Shown piece after piece: positions 1 to 8,824 of a stretch of 64,000 nt of DNA; the first letter of the stretch is position 1, and every line of letters starts with the position of its first letter. Under the pieces are notes generated by a model, which did not search any database, was not told where the DNA came from, and saw nothing but the letters and a program-made list of their open reading frames with translations. The stretch comes from a virus, in IMG/VR virus record IMGVR_UViG_3300031951_000015, positions 110,668 through 174,667 of that record. The stretch is one strand, 5' to 3'. The position numbers and the translations under genes are program-made.

Positions 1-64
1 CTTTCAAAGAGTCAACTAAGAGTTCCAGATTACGGACGATGAGTTTGAGTTTGTCTTTGTCCAT
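1..64 (-). CDS. conserved cyanophage hypothetical protein, 5' part only (runs off window)
   Basis: Manual translation MDKDKLKLIVRNLELLVDSLK...; sigma70-like promoter directly upstream. Confidence 0.7.
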   Translation of the reverse strand, partial: MDKDKLKLIVRNLELLVDSLK

Positions 65-85
65 AAGAAAATATTCTCTCGATTC

Positions 86-124
86 ATTTTACCATAAAAA
101 AAGGAGGGAATCAATCCCTCCTTT
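86..124 (-). terminator. intrinsic terminator overlapping a sigma70-type promoter
   Basis: Hairpin AAAGGAGGGA-TTGAT-TCCCTCCTTT plus U-run; TTGATT-17nt-TAAAAT at 114..86. Confidence 0.7.
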
Positions 125-127
125 GAA

Positions 128-226
128 TTATTTTGCCGCTACCAGCGTAGCAAGAGATGCTTGTTTACGACGTTGCTCTTTTTGCTTTTGCTCTTTAATG
201 AGTTGAAGGAAATTGAGTTTTTTCAT
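128..226 (-). CDS. small basic hypothetical protein (32 aa)
   Basis: MKKLNFLQLIKEQKQKEQRRKQASLATLVAAK; ATGA overlap with upstream ORF, GGAGG upstream. Confidence 0.65.
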   Translation of the reverse strand: MKKLNFLQLIKEQKQKEQRRKQASLATLVAAK

Positions 227-360
227 TTGTGCCCCTCCTTTACAAACTTAATACCACGATAGGTTTCGTTGTATTGTTGGGGTTGCTGCATCATCTGCTG
301 TTGATATGCAATACGCTTTTCGGTATCGTATTCAACACCGCGATAAACTACTTTCGACAT
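223..360 (-). CDS. DUF4278-like small protein (45 aa)
   Basis: MSKVVYRGVEYDT...TYRGIKFVK, duplicated YRG(V/I) motif typical of DUF4278; AAGGAG RBS; downstream of glutamine riboswitch. Confidence 0.8.
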   Translation of the reverse strand: MSKVVYRGVEYDTEKRIAYQQQMMQQPQQYNETYRGIKFVKEGHK

Positions 361-391
361 TGGTTTTCTCCTTAGTTTTTAGGTTAAAGAG

Positions 392-563
392 CGTTCCTTC
401 AGTCGGCTTTTGCGTCTACGAAGCAACCTTTTCTTGTAACTTGTTTAATCTCCCAAACAATATCATTCTTTTGTTGAGAAGTCAGTGTTTGGTTGATATT
501 AACTTTACCAATCAAAAACTGTGCCTGTAAGCAAGTTAAGAAAAGTGCTTCCATAGATGAACG
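392..563 (-). ncRNA. glutamine riboswitch aptamer 2 (glnA/Downstream-peptide type) with greatly expanded P2
   Basis: CGTTCA-TCTATGGAAGCA...TGCTTCGTAGA-CGCAAAAGCCGACTGAAGGAACG; P1 CGTTC/GAACG; directly 5' of DUF4278 gene. Confidence 0.75.
399..554 (-). CDS. 51-aa ORF nested inside riboswitch aptamer 2
   Basis: MEALFLTCLQAQFLIGKVNINQTLTSQQKNDIVWEIKQVTRKGCFVDAKAD; ATG in 5' arm of P2, TGA in aptamer core. Confidence 0.6.
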   Translation of the reverse strand: MEALFLTCLQAQFLIGKVNINQTLTSQQKNDIVWEIKQVTRKGCFVDAKAD

Positions 564-567
564 GCTT

Positions 568-618
568 CGTTCCGAGTCGGCTTACTTCCGTTCGCTATTC
601 GAAAATAGCGAATGAACG
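568..618 (-). ncRNA. glutamine riboswitch aptamer 1 (glnA type)
   Basis: CGTTCA-TTCGCTATT-TTCG-AATAGCGAA-CGGAAGTAAGCCGACTCGGAACG: perfect P2 hairpin, GGAAGTA motif, P1 pairing. Confidence 0.8.
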
Positions 619-662
619 TAAGGGTATTATACCCTTGTTGATCGTATTTATCAACAATATTT

Positions 663-678
663 TGTAATTTTTTATACA
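663..678. promoter_or_regulatory. NtcA-binding site consensus
   Basis: TGTA-ATTTTTTA-TACA (GTA-N8-TAC) upstream of TATAAT (631..626) and the glutamine riboswitches. Confidence 0.55.
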
Positions 679-738
679 GTTTTAGAAAACTTTAAGAATC
701 AAAAATTTTGCCGGAAAATTTTCCCCCGATCTGGGAAA

Positions 739-1092
739 TCACTTCCGCTTTTTCTTTTGGGGTGCTTGATATCCCCAGAGTTTTGGATTGACTCTACCAT
801 GTCCGAAGTCAATACTCTTCAAGTTACTACGAAACTTATCCCAGTACATATCAAATAGTTTGATACGCCCACCTCTGGTTAAATCAAAACAGATCTTATC
901 ATCTACAAGATACTTGATAATGTATGCATCATTCGGTGCATCTTTTGTACACACATCAGCATATGAACCATTCTCGATCAGAATATCACAACCGTATCGT
1001 GACTTACAAGTTTCCTTCTCTGCTGGTGTCCAATGATCCATATGCTTTTTTGTGGTTTTTTCTCTCTCAATTACATCATTATGTTGACTCAT
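739..1092 (-). CDS. conserved cyanophage hypothetical protein
   Basis: ORF track 739..1113; start moved to MSQHND to avoid overlap. Confidence 0.75.
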   Translation of the reverse strand: MSQHNDVIEREKTTKKHMDHWTPAEKETCKSRYGCDILIENGSYADVCTKDAPNDAYIIKYLVDDKICFDLTRGGRIKLFDMYWDKFRSNLKSIDFGHGRVNPKLWGYQAPQKKKRK

Positions 1093-1094
1093 AT

Positions 1095-1727
1095 TCAGGA
1101 ACGACCTCCCCAAATAATATCGGGATATGCTTCCGAAACAACTTCTTTGGTGATTTTATATTTTGTTTCCAGATTCTTATCCTTTACAAGGCAGATGATT
1201 TCTGCTTCAAGTGGATGAAGACCTTGAAGTAGATTAATGAACATTGTTTCTCTACGAAGAGAACTCAGTCCATCATTTCCACCTTTGATGAAATTATAAA
1301 ACTTTGAATATTCTTTACGAATAGAAGAACGTCCCTGATCTTGTGACCCAAGTGAATTAGAACCAAGTTCTTCCATCTTACCGACTGCATCTGCAATCTT
1401 CTCACTCAAAGTTCCTTTGAAAGAGTCCATCTCATCGACAGCAGCATAAGGGACATCACCAGGAGGAAGTGCTGATGTAATAGTTTCGTCAAAGTTCCAA
1501 ATGAACAATGCTTTTAGTGCAGGATGAGCATACTTTTGAAGTACCTCCACCTTCTTTGCGTTGCTTCTTTGTTTTGAAGCGGCATTGAAAATCTCAAAGA
1601 TAAAAGGATTTGCAGGAAGTTCTGGAATGGATTCTGCAATTACCGTTGCTTTTGGTGCCGCTGGTTTTTTGGTGGCAGTCGTTTTAGTCTTAGTCGTCGC
1701 TGCCGTCGTCTTCTTCGTTGTCGTCAT
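1095..1727 (-). CDS. conserved T4-like cyanophage protein (DUF6433-like)
   Basis: LP.G.VPY and RRETMFINLLQGLHP.EA motifs; K/T/A-rich N-terminus. Confidence 0.75.
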   Translation of the reverse strand: MTTTKKTTAATTKTKTTATKKPAAPKATVIAESIPELPANPFIFEIFNAASKQRSNAKKVEVLQKYAHPALKALFIWNFDETITSALPPGDVPYAAVDEMDSFKGTLSEKIADAVGKMEELGSNSLGSQDQGRSSIRKEYSKFYNFIKGGNDGLSSLRRETMFINLLQGLHPLEAEIICLVKDKNLETKYKITKEVVSEAYPDIIWGGRS

Positions 1728-1920
1728 AATAGTTCTCAAAATTAAATGCAATTACTTCGTCAGGTATAAGATTTCCTTGGGAGTCAAACATTTCCGGATG
1801 AGGTCTTGGAATTTCCCGATAGTTCATCATATATTCTCTTGCTACCCAACCACCTATAAGTCCCACTATAAGAAATAAAACGGTTAGGAATGAACCGAAT
1901 ACTAGACTAACTGCTAACAT
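1690..1920 (-). CDS. conserved small membrane protein
   Basis: N-terminal TM helix, HPEMFD..GN motif, acidic tail. Confidence 0.75.
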   Translation of the reverse strand: MLAVSLVFGSFLTVLFLIVGLIGGWVAREYMMNYREIPRPHPEMFDSQGNLIPDEVIAFNFENYYDDNEEDDGSDD

Positions 1921-2158
1921 TTCTTTTTCTCCGGGAAACTACTTTTTTCTTCCTTGAATGAAAGGAAAATTCAAAATAGATAGTTACTTCCCGATTGAAG
2001 AAGCAAACCATCTTTTCAAAAATGATATGGAATGGGTGTGTTTGCTTCTTTTTGCCTCCATTAAGTATGAGTTCAACACCACGATTAAAGTGGTCTTCCT
2101 TTTTATTTAGGGTCTCATCAGACGATTTGGTTCTCTTTGAGGAATTTGATTGTGTCAA
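1907..2158 (-). CDS. hypothetical protein
   Basis: ORF packed between grx and next gene; start uncertain. Confidence 0.6.
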   Translation of the reverse strand: MTQSNSSKRTKSSDETLNKKEDHFNRGVELILNGGKKKQTHPFHIIFEKMVCFFNREVTIYFEFSFHSRKKKVVSRRKRNVSS

Positions 2159-2354
2159 CGCATCCTCCTAACTTTTTATCATTACAAATTACTTGTGGAA
2201 ATGTAGATCCTTCACCAAACTCTGCGTAAAATTCTTCTCTGGTAAAGTCTTGGTTTAAAGTATACATCACATACTTCTGTTCTGTCAAGTCCAATACTTG
2301 TTTGACCTTATCGCAGTATGGACAACCTGGTTTCGAATAAACTGTGAAATTCAT
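2118..2354 (-). CDS. grx: glutaredoxin
   Basis: CPYC active site, TFPQV, GG(C/T)D motifs; start at MNFTVYSK. Confidence 0.92.
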   Translation of the reverse strand: MNFTVYSKPGCPYCDKVKQVLDLTEQKYVMYTLNQDFTREEFYAEFGEGSTFPQVICNDKKLGGCVDTIKFLKENQIV

Positions 2355-2455
2355 ATGTGTCGTTTTGTTTTTATTATATAGAAGTTTATGGGAATGCAAA
2401 AATTTTGCGAAATATATTTAATTTTATCCGAATTTAAAATATTATACTATCATAT

Positions 2456-3019
2456 TCATATGATATTAAAAGATAAACTAATTTTTTCTCTATCAGTAGG
2501 TCGAGTTGCATGAAAAGTTGAACTCATAAAAATCAATATTCTTCCATCTAAAGTTTCATAATTATAATTTTCGAAAGAATTATTATCTTGGAAATTTGGT
2601 AGTATTGGTTGATGATCTACAATTGGTGACTTTACGTAAAAATCTGCCAGTCCACTACCAATTATATAAACAACCCCAGATAATAAAGAATTGTGATGAA
2701 TGTGAGTTTCTTGATACATACCTGGTTGATAATAATTTAACCAACTACTTTTAATTTGATATGATTGATTCATATCAAATTTCATATATTTACAATATTC
2801 CTTTATTGATTCTTCTACTGATTTTTTTACTCTATAAAAATCAGGTAATTCTAAAATGTTACTATTATTTTTTATAGTAGAAATGCACTTCGATTGAAAT
2901 GCATAGTCTCCCTGTTCAAAACATATTCTTTTTGCTATGATTTTTATGCTTTCGCTGATAAGTTTTGGATTATCTTTTTTATAAATGATTGTAGGAAACA
3001 ATGTATCAAAGTTACTCAT
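2456..3019 (-). CDS. putative 2OG-Fe(II) oxygenase (TIGR02466-like)
   Basis: LFPT N-terminus, SWLN, H.H, SGV.Y, F.S..FH, ISLSFN motifs. Confidence 0.8.
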   Translation of the reverse strand: MSNFDTLFPTIIYKKDNPKLISESIKIIAKRICFEQGDYAFQSKCISTIKNNSNILELPDFYRVKKSVEESIKEYCKYMKFDMNQSYQIKSSWLNYYQPGMYQETHIHHNSLLSGVVYIIGSGLADFYVKSPIVDHQPILPNFQDNNSFENYNYETLDGRILIFMSSTFHATRPTDREKISLSFNII

Positions 3020-3060
3020 AAAATAAAAATCATAGCATCAATTTATTAGATATGCAAGAT

Positions 3061-4476
3061 TTATCTTAGTTGGTAACCATTGATTGTAAATCCATATTGA
3101 GCACCACTACTATCTCCTATTAAACCAGTGTTTCCTCCATTTGATCCGCTGATAACCATTGTAAACGAAGATATGGTTTTTATCTCTCCAAGATTTGTCT
3201 TTCCTTGATAATCTGGAGTGTAAATGTAGGGGAATTGAGTCCCAGATACATCGTTGATATAGAAATAACCAGGTTTTGGTGCTGTTGCTGGACCATTACC
3301 AGTAATCCAAGAAACTTTCAATGCCTGGGCACACATGGGTGTTGCCAAAGCAAATCTCCAAGCAATAGTTGTCCAACCAGATGATATTTCATAATATCCA
3401 CCAGCTAGATTAGTTGCACTCCCACCCCAAGCAGTAAATGGACCACCATTTATTGAATACGTTATACTACTACCAGGAATAGGTCCAGTTGCAGTGGTGC
3501 ATGATAGTGGTGAATCTGTTCCAGTTAGATAAGCAACAATAACTCTCCCAGATCCCCCACTACCTCCGGAACCGCCACCACCACCGCCACCAGATCCGGT
3601 GTTTGCAACTCCGTTACCACCGGTGCCGCCATGATTTCCTACGCCACCGCCACCAGATCCACCACTAGAACTTCCTACCCTAGATGCACCTCCGCCGCCG
3701 CCAGCAAAAAATTGAGAAGTTGGAGAGAAAAATGGAGTTGCGTTTAACCAAGAAATAGGTGTTGTAGGAAGACCTGCGCCACCAACACCAGGTTGATCTG
3801 GTTGTCCTTGGATTCCTGCCCCACCAGCACCTCCTCCTCCACCACCTCCGAACCCGGGACCCCCTGAAGAGGAGGGTCCACCTTGATTTCCCAATCCGAA
3901 GATATTAGAATTAGTGGGTAATGCTGGATTGTTAACTTGATTTAATGGAGATATTGAATTGCCATATGTTCCACCAGGAGAACCACCTTGAGTTGTAAGT
4001 GGACTTGGTGTGTAATTTAATCCTCTACCTCCCCCCTGAGCAACCCAATCAGGTCCAAAAGTTGAATTGCTACCATTTGAACCAGGTGAATTAGATAATG
4101 ATCCTGAACCTCCAGCACCTCCTCCTCCCACAACAACATCATATGATCCTGAGGTTAAAGTTAAAGGTGCAATTATTACACCACCCGCACCGCCACCAGC
4201 TTGTCCACCATCACCAGGAGGATTATAAGAACCGCCACCACCACCTCCAATCAGTAATATATATGCTGCTTTTGGACCTCCAGTGGTTACAAAAGGATTT
4301 GGACCAGAACTGGCAAAATCATGATATGTATAACTTCCTACCGTTGTTTTTGTTCCACCAGTTGCAGAAAAAGGTCCACCACCGACAGCACCACCAACAG
4401 GTGCTACATACCTCTTTCTTCCAAATCCGAAAGAAAATCCACCCCCACCACCAGTTCTTGATAAAATAGGACTCAT
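3061..4476 (-). CDS. glycine-rich adhesin-like tail protein with extra C-terminal domain
   Basis: ATGG..YTYH.F, (L/I)IGGGGGG, multiple polyglycine runs, GGSG.VIV.Y, then ~150 aa non-Gly domain. Confidence 0.75.
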   Translation of the reverse strand: MSPILSRTGGGGGFSFGFGRKRYVAPVGGAVGGGPFSATGGTKTTVGSYTYHDFASSGPNPFVTTGGPKAAYILLIGGGGGGSYNPPGDGGQAGGGAGGVIIAPLTLTSGSYDVVVGGGGAGGSGSLSNSPGSNGSNSTFGPDWVAQGGGRGLNYTPSPLTTQGGSPGGTYGNSISPLNQVNNPALPTNSNIFGLGNQGGPSSSGGPGFGGGGGGGAGGAGIQGQPDQPGVGGAGLPTTPISWLNATPFFSPTSQFFAGGGGGASRVGSSSGGSGGGGVGNHGGTGGNGVANTGSGGGGGGGSGGSGGSGRVIVAYLTGTDSPLSCTTATGPIPGSSITYSINGGPFTAWGGSATNLAGGYYEISSGWTTIAWRFALATPMCAQALKVSWITGNGPATAPKPGYFYINDVSGTQFPYIYTPDYQGKTNLGEIKTISSFTMVISGSNGGNTGLIGDSSGAQYGFTINGYQLR

Positions 4477-5378
4477 CTGTAACCTCCATTAACTACACCC
4501 ATCAAGTAATAATTTGCTGTTGTACTTGCAGAACCAACAGTATTAATACCAGTGAAACTATAAATATCCATTCCACTTGTAGTTGTTACACCAGAGATTG
4601 CATTTGCTAATGAACCACCAGCCCAACGAATGGTAGCATTAAATCCATTAAGAGTAACAGCAGTACAAGATCTTGCCGTGCCTGTCTGATTTACAAATAC
4701 ATTGAAAGTGATTGTATGACTATCAAAATCACTTGAAGTTGGAATGCCAACAACTGCGAGTGTAATATCTCCTGTTGGATTAGTTGTTAATCCAATGTTT
4801 GATGATGCTCCGTTGTAAGTTAAAGTAACTGTATTTCCATTTGTAATTATATGCTTTTCTGCAACACTGATAAATCTAGTTTCAGTAGTTGCCCAAGCAA
4901 CATTAGTTTCAAATCCTTTTTTAGTATTATTATAAGTTAGTGTTTTATTTGTTGTACCATAAATCTGAATACCATCACCATCTGCTTGTGCATCAGTTGT
5001 ATTTCCAGAACCAATGCCAACTAATGGATCTGTGATTTCTAAATTGGTTGTATTGATTATAGTTTGAGTACCATTTACAGTCAAATTTGTAAATGTTGCT
5101 GCCGATCCTGTGATATTTCCTACTGTAATATTTGGAGATCCAGAAAGTCCGGTAGCGTTGCCAGTTACATTACCTGTGAGGTTTCCAGTTACATTACCTG
5201 TGACATTACCAGATACATTGCCTGCGAGAGTTCCAGTTACATTACCAGTTACATCGCCAGTGAAACTAGTAGCAGTTACAACACCAGTGACACTAAACCC
5301 ATCGGCAATACCATTTGGAAATCTAGGTCCACCAGTTCCTAATCTATCAACAAGTTTATCAGCTCTAATCCTGGACAT
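4473..5378 (-). CDS. short tail-fibre/adaptor protein
   Basis: MSR.RADK..G.G.P.FPNG N-terminus, GNVT/GNLT repeats, C-terminal YSFTGINTVG...NGGYR domain. Confidence 0.75.
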   Translation of the reverse strand: MSRIRADKLVDRLGTGGPRFPNGIADGFSVTGVVTATSFTGDVTGNVTGTLAGNVSGNVTGNVTGNLTGNVTGNATGLSGSPNITVGNITGSAATFTNLTVNGTQTIINTTNLEITDPLVGIGSGNTTDAQADGDGIQIYGTTNKTLTYNNTKKGFETNVAWATTETRFISVAEKHIITNGNTVTLTYNGASSNIGLTTNPTGDITLAVVGIPTSSDFDSHTITFNVFVNQTGTARSCTAVTLNGFNATIRWAGGSLANAISGVTTTSGMDIYSFTGINTVGSASTTANYYLMGVVNGGYR

Positions 5379-5480
5379 TAAACTATCCTTCTACCAGTAT
5401 TATCTGTATTTATTATACAATGAAGTTAGTTGTATGAGTTTATATCATAAACACTCTTGTTTAGAATGTTATATTAGATT

Positions 5481-6389
5481 TTATATAGTATATCTAATAA
5501 TTACAATACCCGGACCTCCTGCGCCACCGACACCAGGAGGGTTCCAAGAATGTCCTCCTCCACCACCTCCAGTGTTTGGAGTTCCTGGACTTGCATCTCC
5601 AGGATCACCAAATCCATTACCACCACCCCCAGATCCACCCAGAGCAGCATCCGAATTATCTCCTGCGCCTCCACCACCACCAGCTCTTGTTATTGATGTT
5701 CCAGTAATACTTGATGTAACGCCATTTCCACCACGTCCACAAGTAGTTGGACCTGATGCATCAAAACCGGCCGTACCGGCACCACCTCCTCCACCAGCAG
5801 CTCTACCACTAGCAGATCCACCACGATATCCTTGATTTGAAGTTCCGGAACCATAATTAGATCCGGCGTCTCCACCAGCACCCCCACCAGATCCACCATT
5901 AAATCCTGAAACACCTGGATAAGCACCTCCACCACCTCCACCTGGTGAAGTGATAGTTGTAATATTAGGTCCCGAAATAGAAGAGGAATTCCCATTGCCG
6001 CCTCGTGTGGATTTATCTGTCGCTTTTATTCCCCCAGTTCCAACAGTAATGGTGTATGTAACACCAGCGGTAAATGTTGTTGTTGGTTCAGCAGACGCTC
6101 CACCACCAGAATTTTCACCCTGAACTGAAGATCTATAACCACCGGCACCGCCGCCGCCTCCCATACCACCACCACCAGCACCACCGCCACCAACAATAAT
6201 CCACTCTGCACTAACGGTATTAGATACTTGGAAATTATAATATGGTGCTGGTTGACCTACAACAAAGCTATGTATTTTCCAACTACCGAATGTAGTAATA
6301 TCACCACCAGAGGCGGAAAAAATACCACCACCAGAGGGTGCATCAACTCTACCAAACCCAAATGCTCTTCCAGTAAAAATCGGTGCCAT
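5481..6389 (-). CDS. glycine-rich adhesin-like tail protein
   Basis: ASGG..IHSF, IVGGGGAGG, polyglycine runs, GIVIIRY end. Confidence 0.75.
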   Translation of the reverse strand: MAPIFTGRAFGFGRVDAPSGGGIFSASGGDITTFGSWKIHSFVVGQPAPYYNFQVSNTVSAEWIIVGGGGAGGGGMGGGGGAGGYRSSVQGENSGGGASAEPTTTFTAGVTYTITVGTGGIKATDKSTRGGNGNSSSISGPNITTITSPGGGGGGAYPGVSGFNGGSGGGAGGDAGSNYGSGTSNQGYRGGSASGRAAGGGGGAGTAGFDASGPTTCGRGGNGVTSSITGTSITRAGGGGGAGDNSDAALGGSGGGGNGFGDPGDASPGTPNTGGGGGGHSWNPPGVGGAGGPGIVIIRYTI

Positions 6390-6393
6390 ACTA

Positions 6394-7299
6394 TCAGACT
6401 CCTACGTTACCTTGTCTAAATCCCCCGTTCTTTGTTGCATAAACCTGGTAACTTGTTGCAGTTGTATTCGTACCTCCAGTATAATGCACAAAGAACGAAA
6501 CAAAATCTCTATCATTTGGAGTTGAAGATAGAGTTACAGTTGTTCCAGAACCAACTAATGCTCTGGTTGAGATACCAGCAACTGTTGCTCCATTTTCATA
6601 ACCAATCACAGTGCAGTTAATTCCAATACCAGTTGTTGCTGTTGTATTTCCAGTTCCTACTGGTGTTGATGACATCTGCGTAAAGATGCAAGTAATGGTT
6701 GTTCCATTTGCATTGCCAGTGAAGGCAGGCATATTCTTGAAAGAAACAATACCAATATTTGCACCAGTTGGAATAGTGTAAGTATATGTCGTTGCGTTTC
6801 TTACATCTAATTCAAGAACAAGATTGTTTCCACTATTATAAGTCGTCGCAGCAGCAACAGTTTCTAGAACACCCTTGAACTTATTAGGATCAGAATAAAC
6901 AAAAGAACTACTACCTCTTTCCCAAGTTAAAGTCTTATCTCCTCCTGCTCCACCAAAAATTGTTAGTCCACCACCATCTGCCGTTGTATTTGATGCAGAG
7001 GTTGTAGTTCCGATACCAATGTTCTTATCTTCTACTACCAGATTTACGGTATCAATAGTAGTAGTGGTTCCTTGAACTGTTAAGTCACCAGTTATCGTTG
7101 CGTTTCCAACAGTGATATTCGGAGTTCCAGTTAAACCCTGTGCATTGGTTGCAACTGATACAGTTCCTGTTACATTGCCAGTTAAATTTCCATCAAAACT
7201 AGTAGCAGTAATAACACCAGTAACGGTAGCACCATTAGGGAAATTAGGTGCGCCGCTACCCTCCCTATTACGAATACTATCAGCTCTAAGTATAGACAT
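6394..7299 (-). CDS. short tail-fibre/adaptor protein
   Basis: MSILRADSI..GSGAPNFPNG; TTTTIDTVNLVVEDKNI motif; paralog of 26036..26992. Confidence 0.75.
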   Translation of the reverse strand: MSILRADSIRNREGSGAPNFPNGATVTGVITATSFDGNLTGNVTGTVSVATNAQGLTGTPNITVGNATITGDLTVQGTTTTIDTVNLVVEDKNIGIGTTTSASNTTADGGGLTIFGGAGGDKTLTWERGSSSFVYSDPNKFKGVLETVAAATTYNSGNNLVLELDVRNATTYTYTIPTGANIGIVSFKNMPAFTGNANGTTITCIFTQMSSTPVGTGNTTATTGIGINCTVIGYENGATVAGISTRALVGSGTTVTLSSTPNDRDFVSFFVHYTGGTNTTATSYQVYATKNGGFRQGNVGV

Positions 7300-7330
7300 T
7301 AACTTATTCCGAGACCAATTTTACTTGTAT

Positions 7331-7963
7331 TTATATCTGAAAGGCGTTGATAACCAATTCACAATTAGGTCCAAGTATCAGACTCTTTGTATCCGCAACA
7401 ACAACAGATTTTCTTGCAACCGTAACTGTTGAAGATGTTGAACCTGCAAGTGTCTTATCTTCGGTTACGTCAAGAACATTTTGTATTTCAATAAATCCAG
7501 TGTCAAAAGTTCCATCACCAATTGTCAATCCATTCGGAAAGTTTGGAGCACCAGTTCCTACCTTGTTTGTAAAGTTATCTGCACGAACTCTTCCACCAGT
7601 TCCTGAAAGAAGACTAATACCGCTAGTACTAATACCAAGAACATCTGGAATAAATTCATCACCATCAGAAACTATGAAGTCCGCACCTTCTTCAACTGCA
7701 AGATCAACATATTGAGTATATGCAACATTTGAAGAATCTGGAACAGTGACAGTTGATGTTTGCCCGATGCTTAAAACTTCGTTTGTATAATAAATTTTAC
7801 TCAGAGGACTTGCCTGATCTTGACTTATAGCAGTTCCTAAACCAGCAGATGTTATACCATCAAGATTTGATCCATCACCATAAAATGCGGTAGCAGTAAT
7901 GATACCAACAATCAGTTGATTACCATCACCAATACCAGGTCCAAGTACTTTTGTGAATGACAT
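7331..7963 (-). CDS. tail-fibre connector-like protein
   Basis: GIITATAFYGDGSNL fibre motif; internal RVRADNF..GTGAPNFPNG; late promoter TATAAATA at 7985..7978. Confidence 0.65.
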   Translation of the reverse strand: MSFTKVLGPGIGDGNQLIVGIITATAFYGDGSNLDGITSAGLGTAISQDQASPLSKIYYTNEVLSIGQTSTVTVPDSSNVAYTQYVDLAVEEGADFIVSDGDEFIPDVLGISTSGISLLSGTGGRVRADNFTNKVGTGAPNFPNGLTIGDGTFDTGFIEIQNVLDVTEDKTLAGSTSSTVTVARKSVVVADTKSLILGPNCELVINAFQI

Positions 7964-7994
7964 TGGAAGTTTTTAGGTATTTATATTGTTATTA

Positions 7995-8792
7995 CTACCT
8001 AATTAACAAATCAAATTCTAAACATCTATGGCATATTTGATCTGAAACATTTACTTTATATTTCCTTTTTCGAATACCCTTTGTGTCAATTTTGTGAAGA
8101 TTATTACCAAGAAAATTATCAGAGTATTCAACTCCATTAATATTTAACTGTTTTATTTTTTTATAGTTATGACTGTAATGAGGGATATTTAAAAAATCAT
8201 ATATTCTTTCCACTTCTTTTTGAGGATTGTTCACAAAATCATCATAGCCAATCAGTATATGAATATTATTTTGTGGATCTATTTTGTTAAGTGTATTGAT
8301 GGATAATATCTGCTGAACCAACTGCCCATGAGGATTAAAAATAAATTCAAATTTTTGTTCCACAGTTCCATTATTAGTATTTCTATTAATAAAGTTATTT
8401 GGATTTTTATCAGACCAGTCTACCCAAGATTTAAAAATATCAAGAGTATTTCTAACAAGACAAACTATTTTTATTTCATTTGGGCAATATTTTTGAAGTA
8501 AAGAAAAATTAGCAGGAGTTCCCCAAGCAGATCTATCAATAACATAATCAACATTCCATTTAGAATAATATGAAGATATTATACTTTCCATCACAGAATC
8601 ATAAGATTTTTCATCTGGAAAATTTTTATACGCTACATCAGTATCTTTCCAACTATCAAGTTTAAAAAGAATTTCTGATACTAAACTATTTCCAGATACA
8701 CCTATTTTTTTATTTTGATTTAAAATACATGACAAAATAGTGTTTCCTGCTCTCGGCATACCCGAAAGAAAATAATACTTTTTACAACTCAT
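7995..8792 (-). CDS. sulfotransferase family protein
   Basis: PAPS-binding GMPRAGNT loop, CLVR..LD...S, YDDFV..P...V.RIYDFL. Confidence 0.85.
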   Translation of the reverse strand: MSCKKYYFLSGMPRAGNTILSCILNQNKKIGVSGNSLVSEILFKLDSWKDTDVAYKNFPDEKSYDSVMESIISSYYSKWNVDYVIDRSAWGTPANFSLLQKYCPNEIKIVCLVRNTLDIFKSWVDWSDKNPNNFINRNTNNGTVEQKFEFIFNPHGQLVQQILSINTLNKIDPQNNIHILIGYDDFVNNPQKEVERIYDFLNIPHYSHNYKKIKQLNINGVEYSDNFLGNNLHKIDTKGIRKRKYKVNVSDQICHRCLEFDLLIR

Positions 8793-8824
8793 TGAAAATA
8801 GAATTTTATAATATTATATCACAC

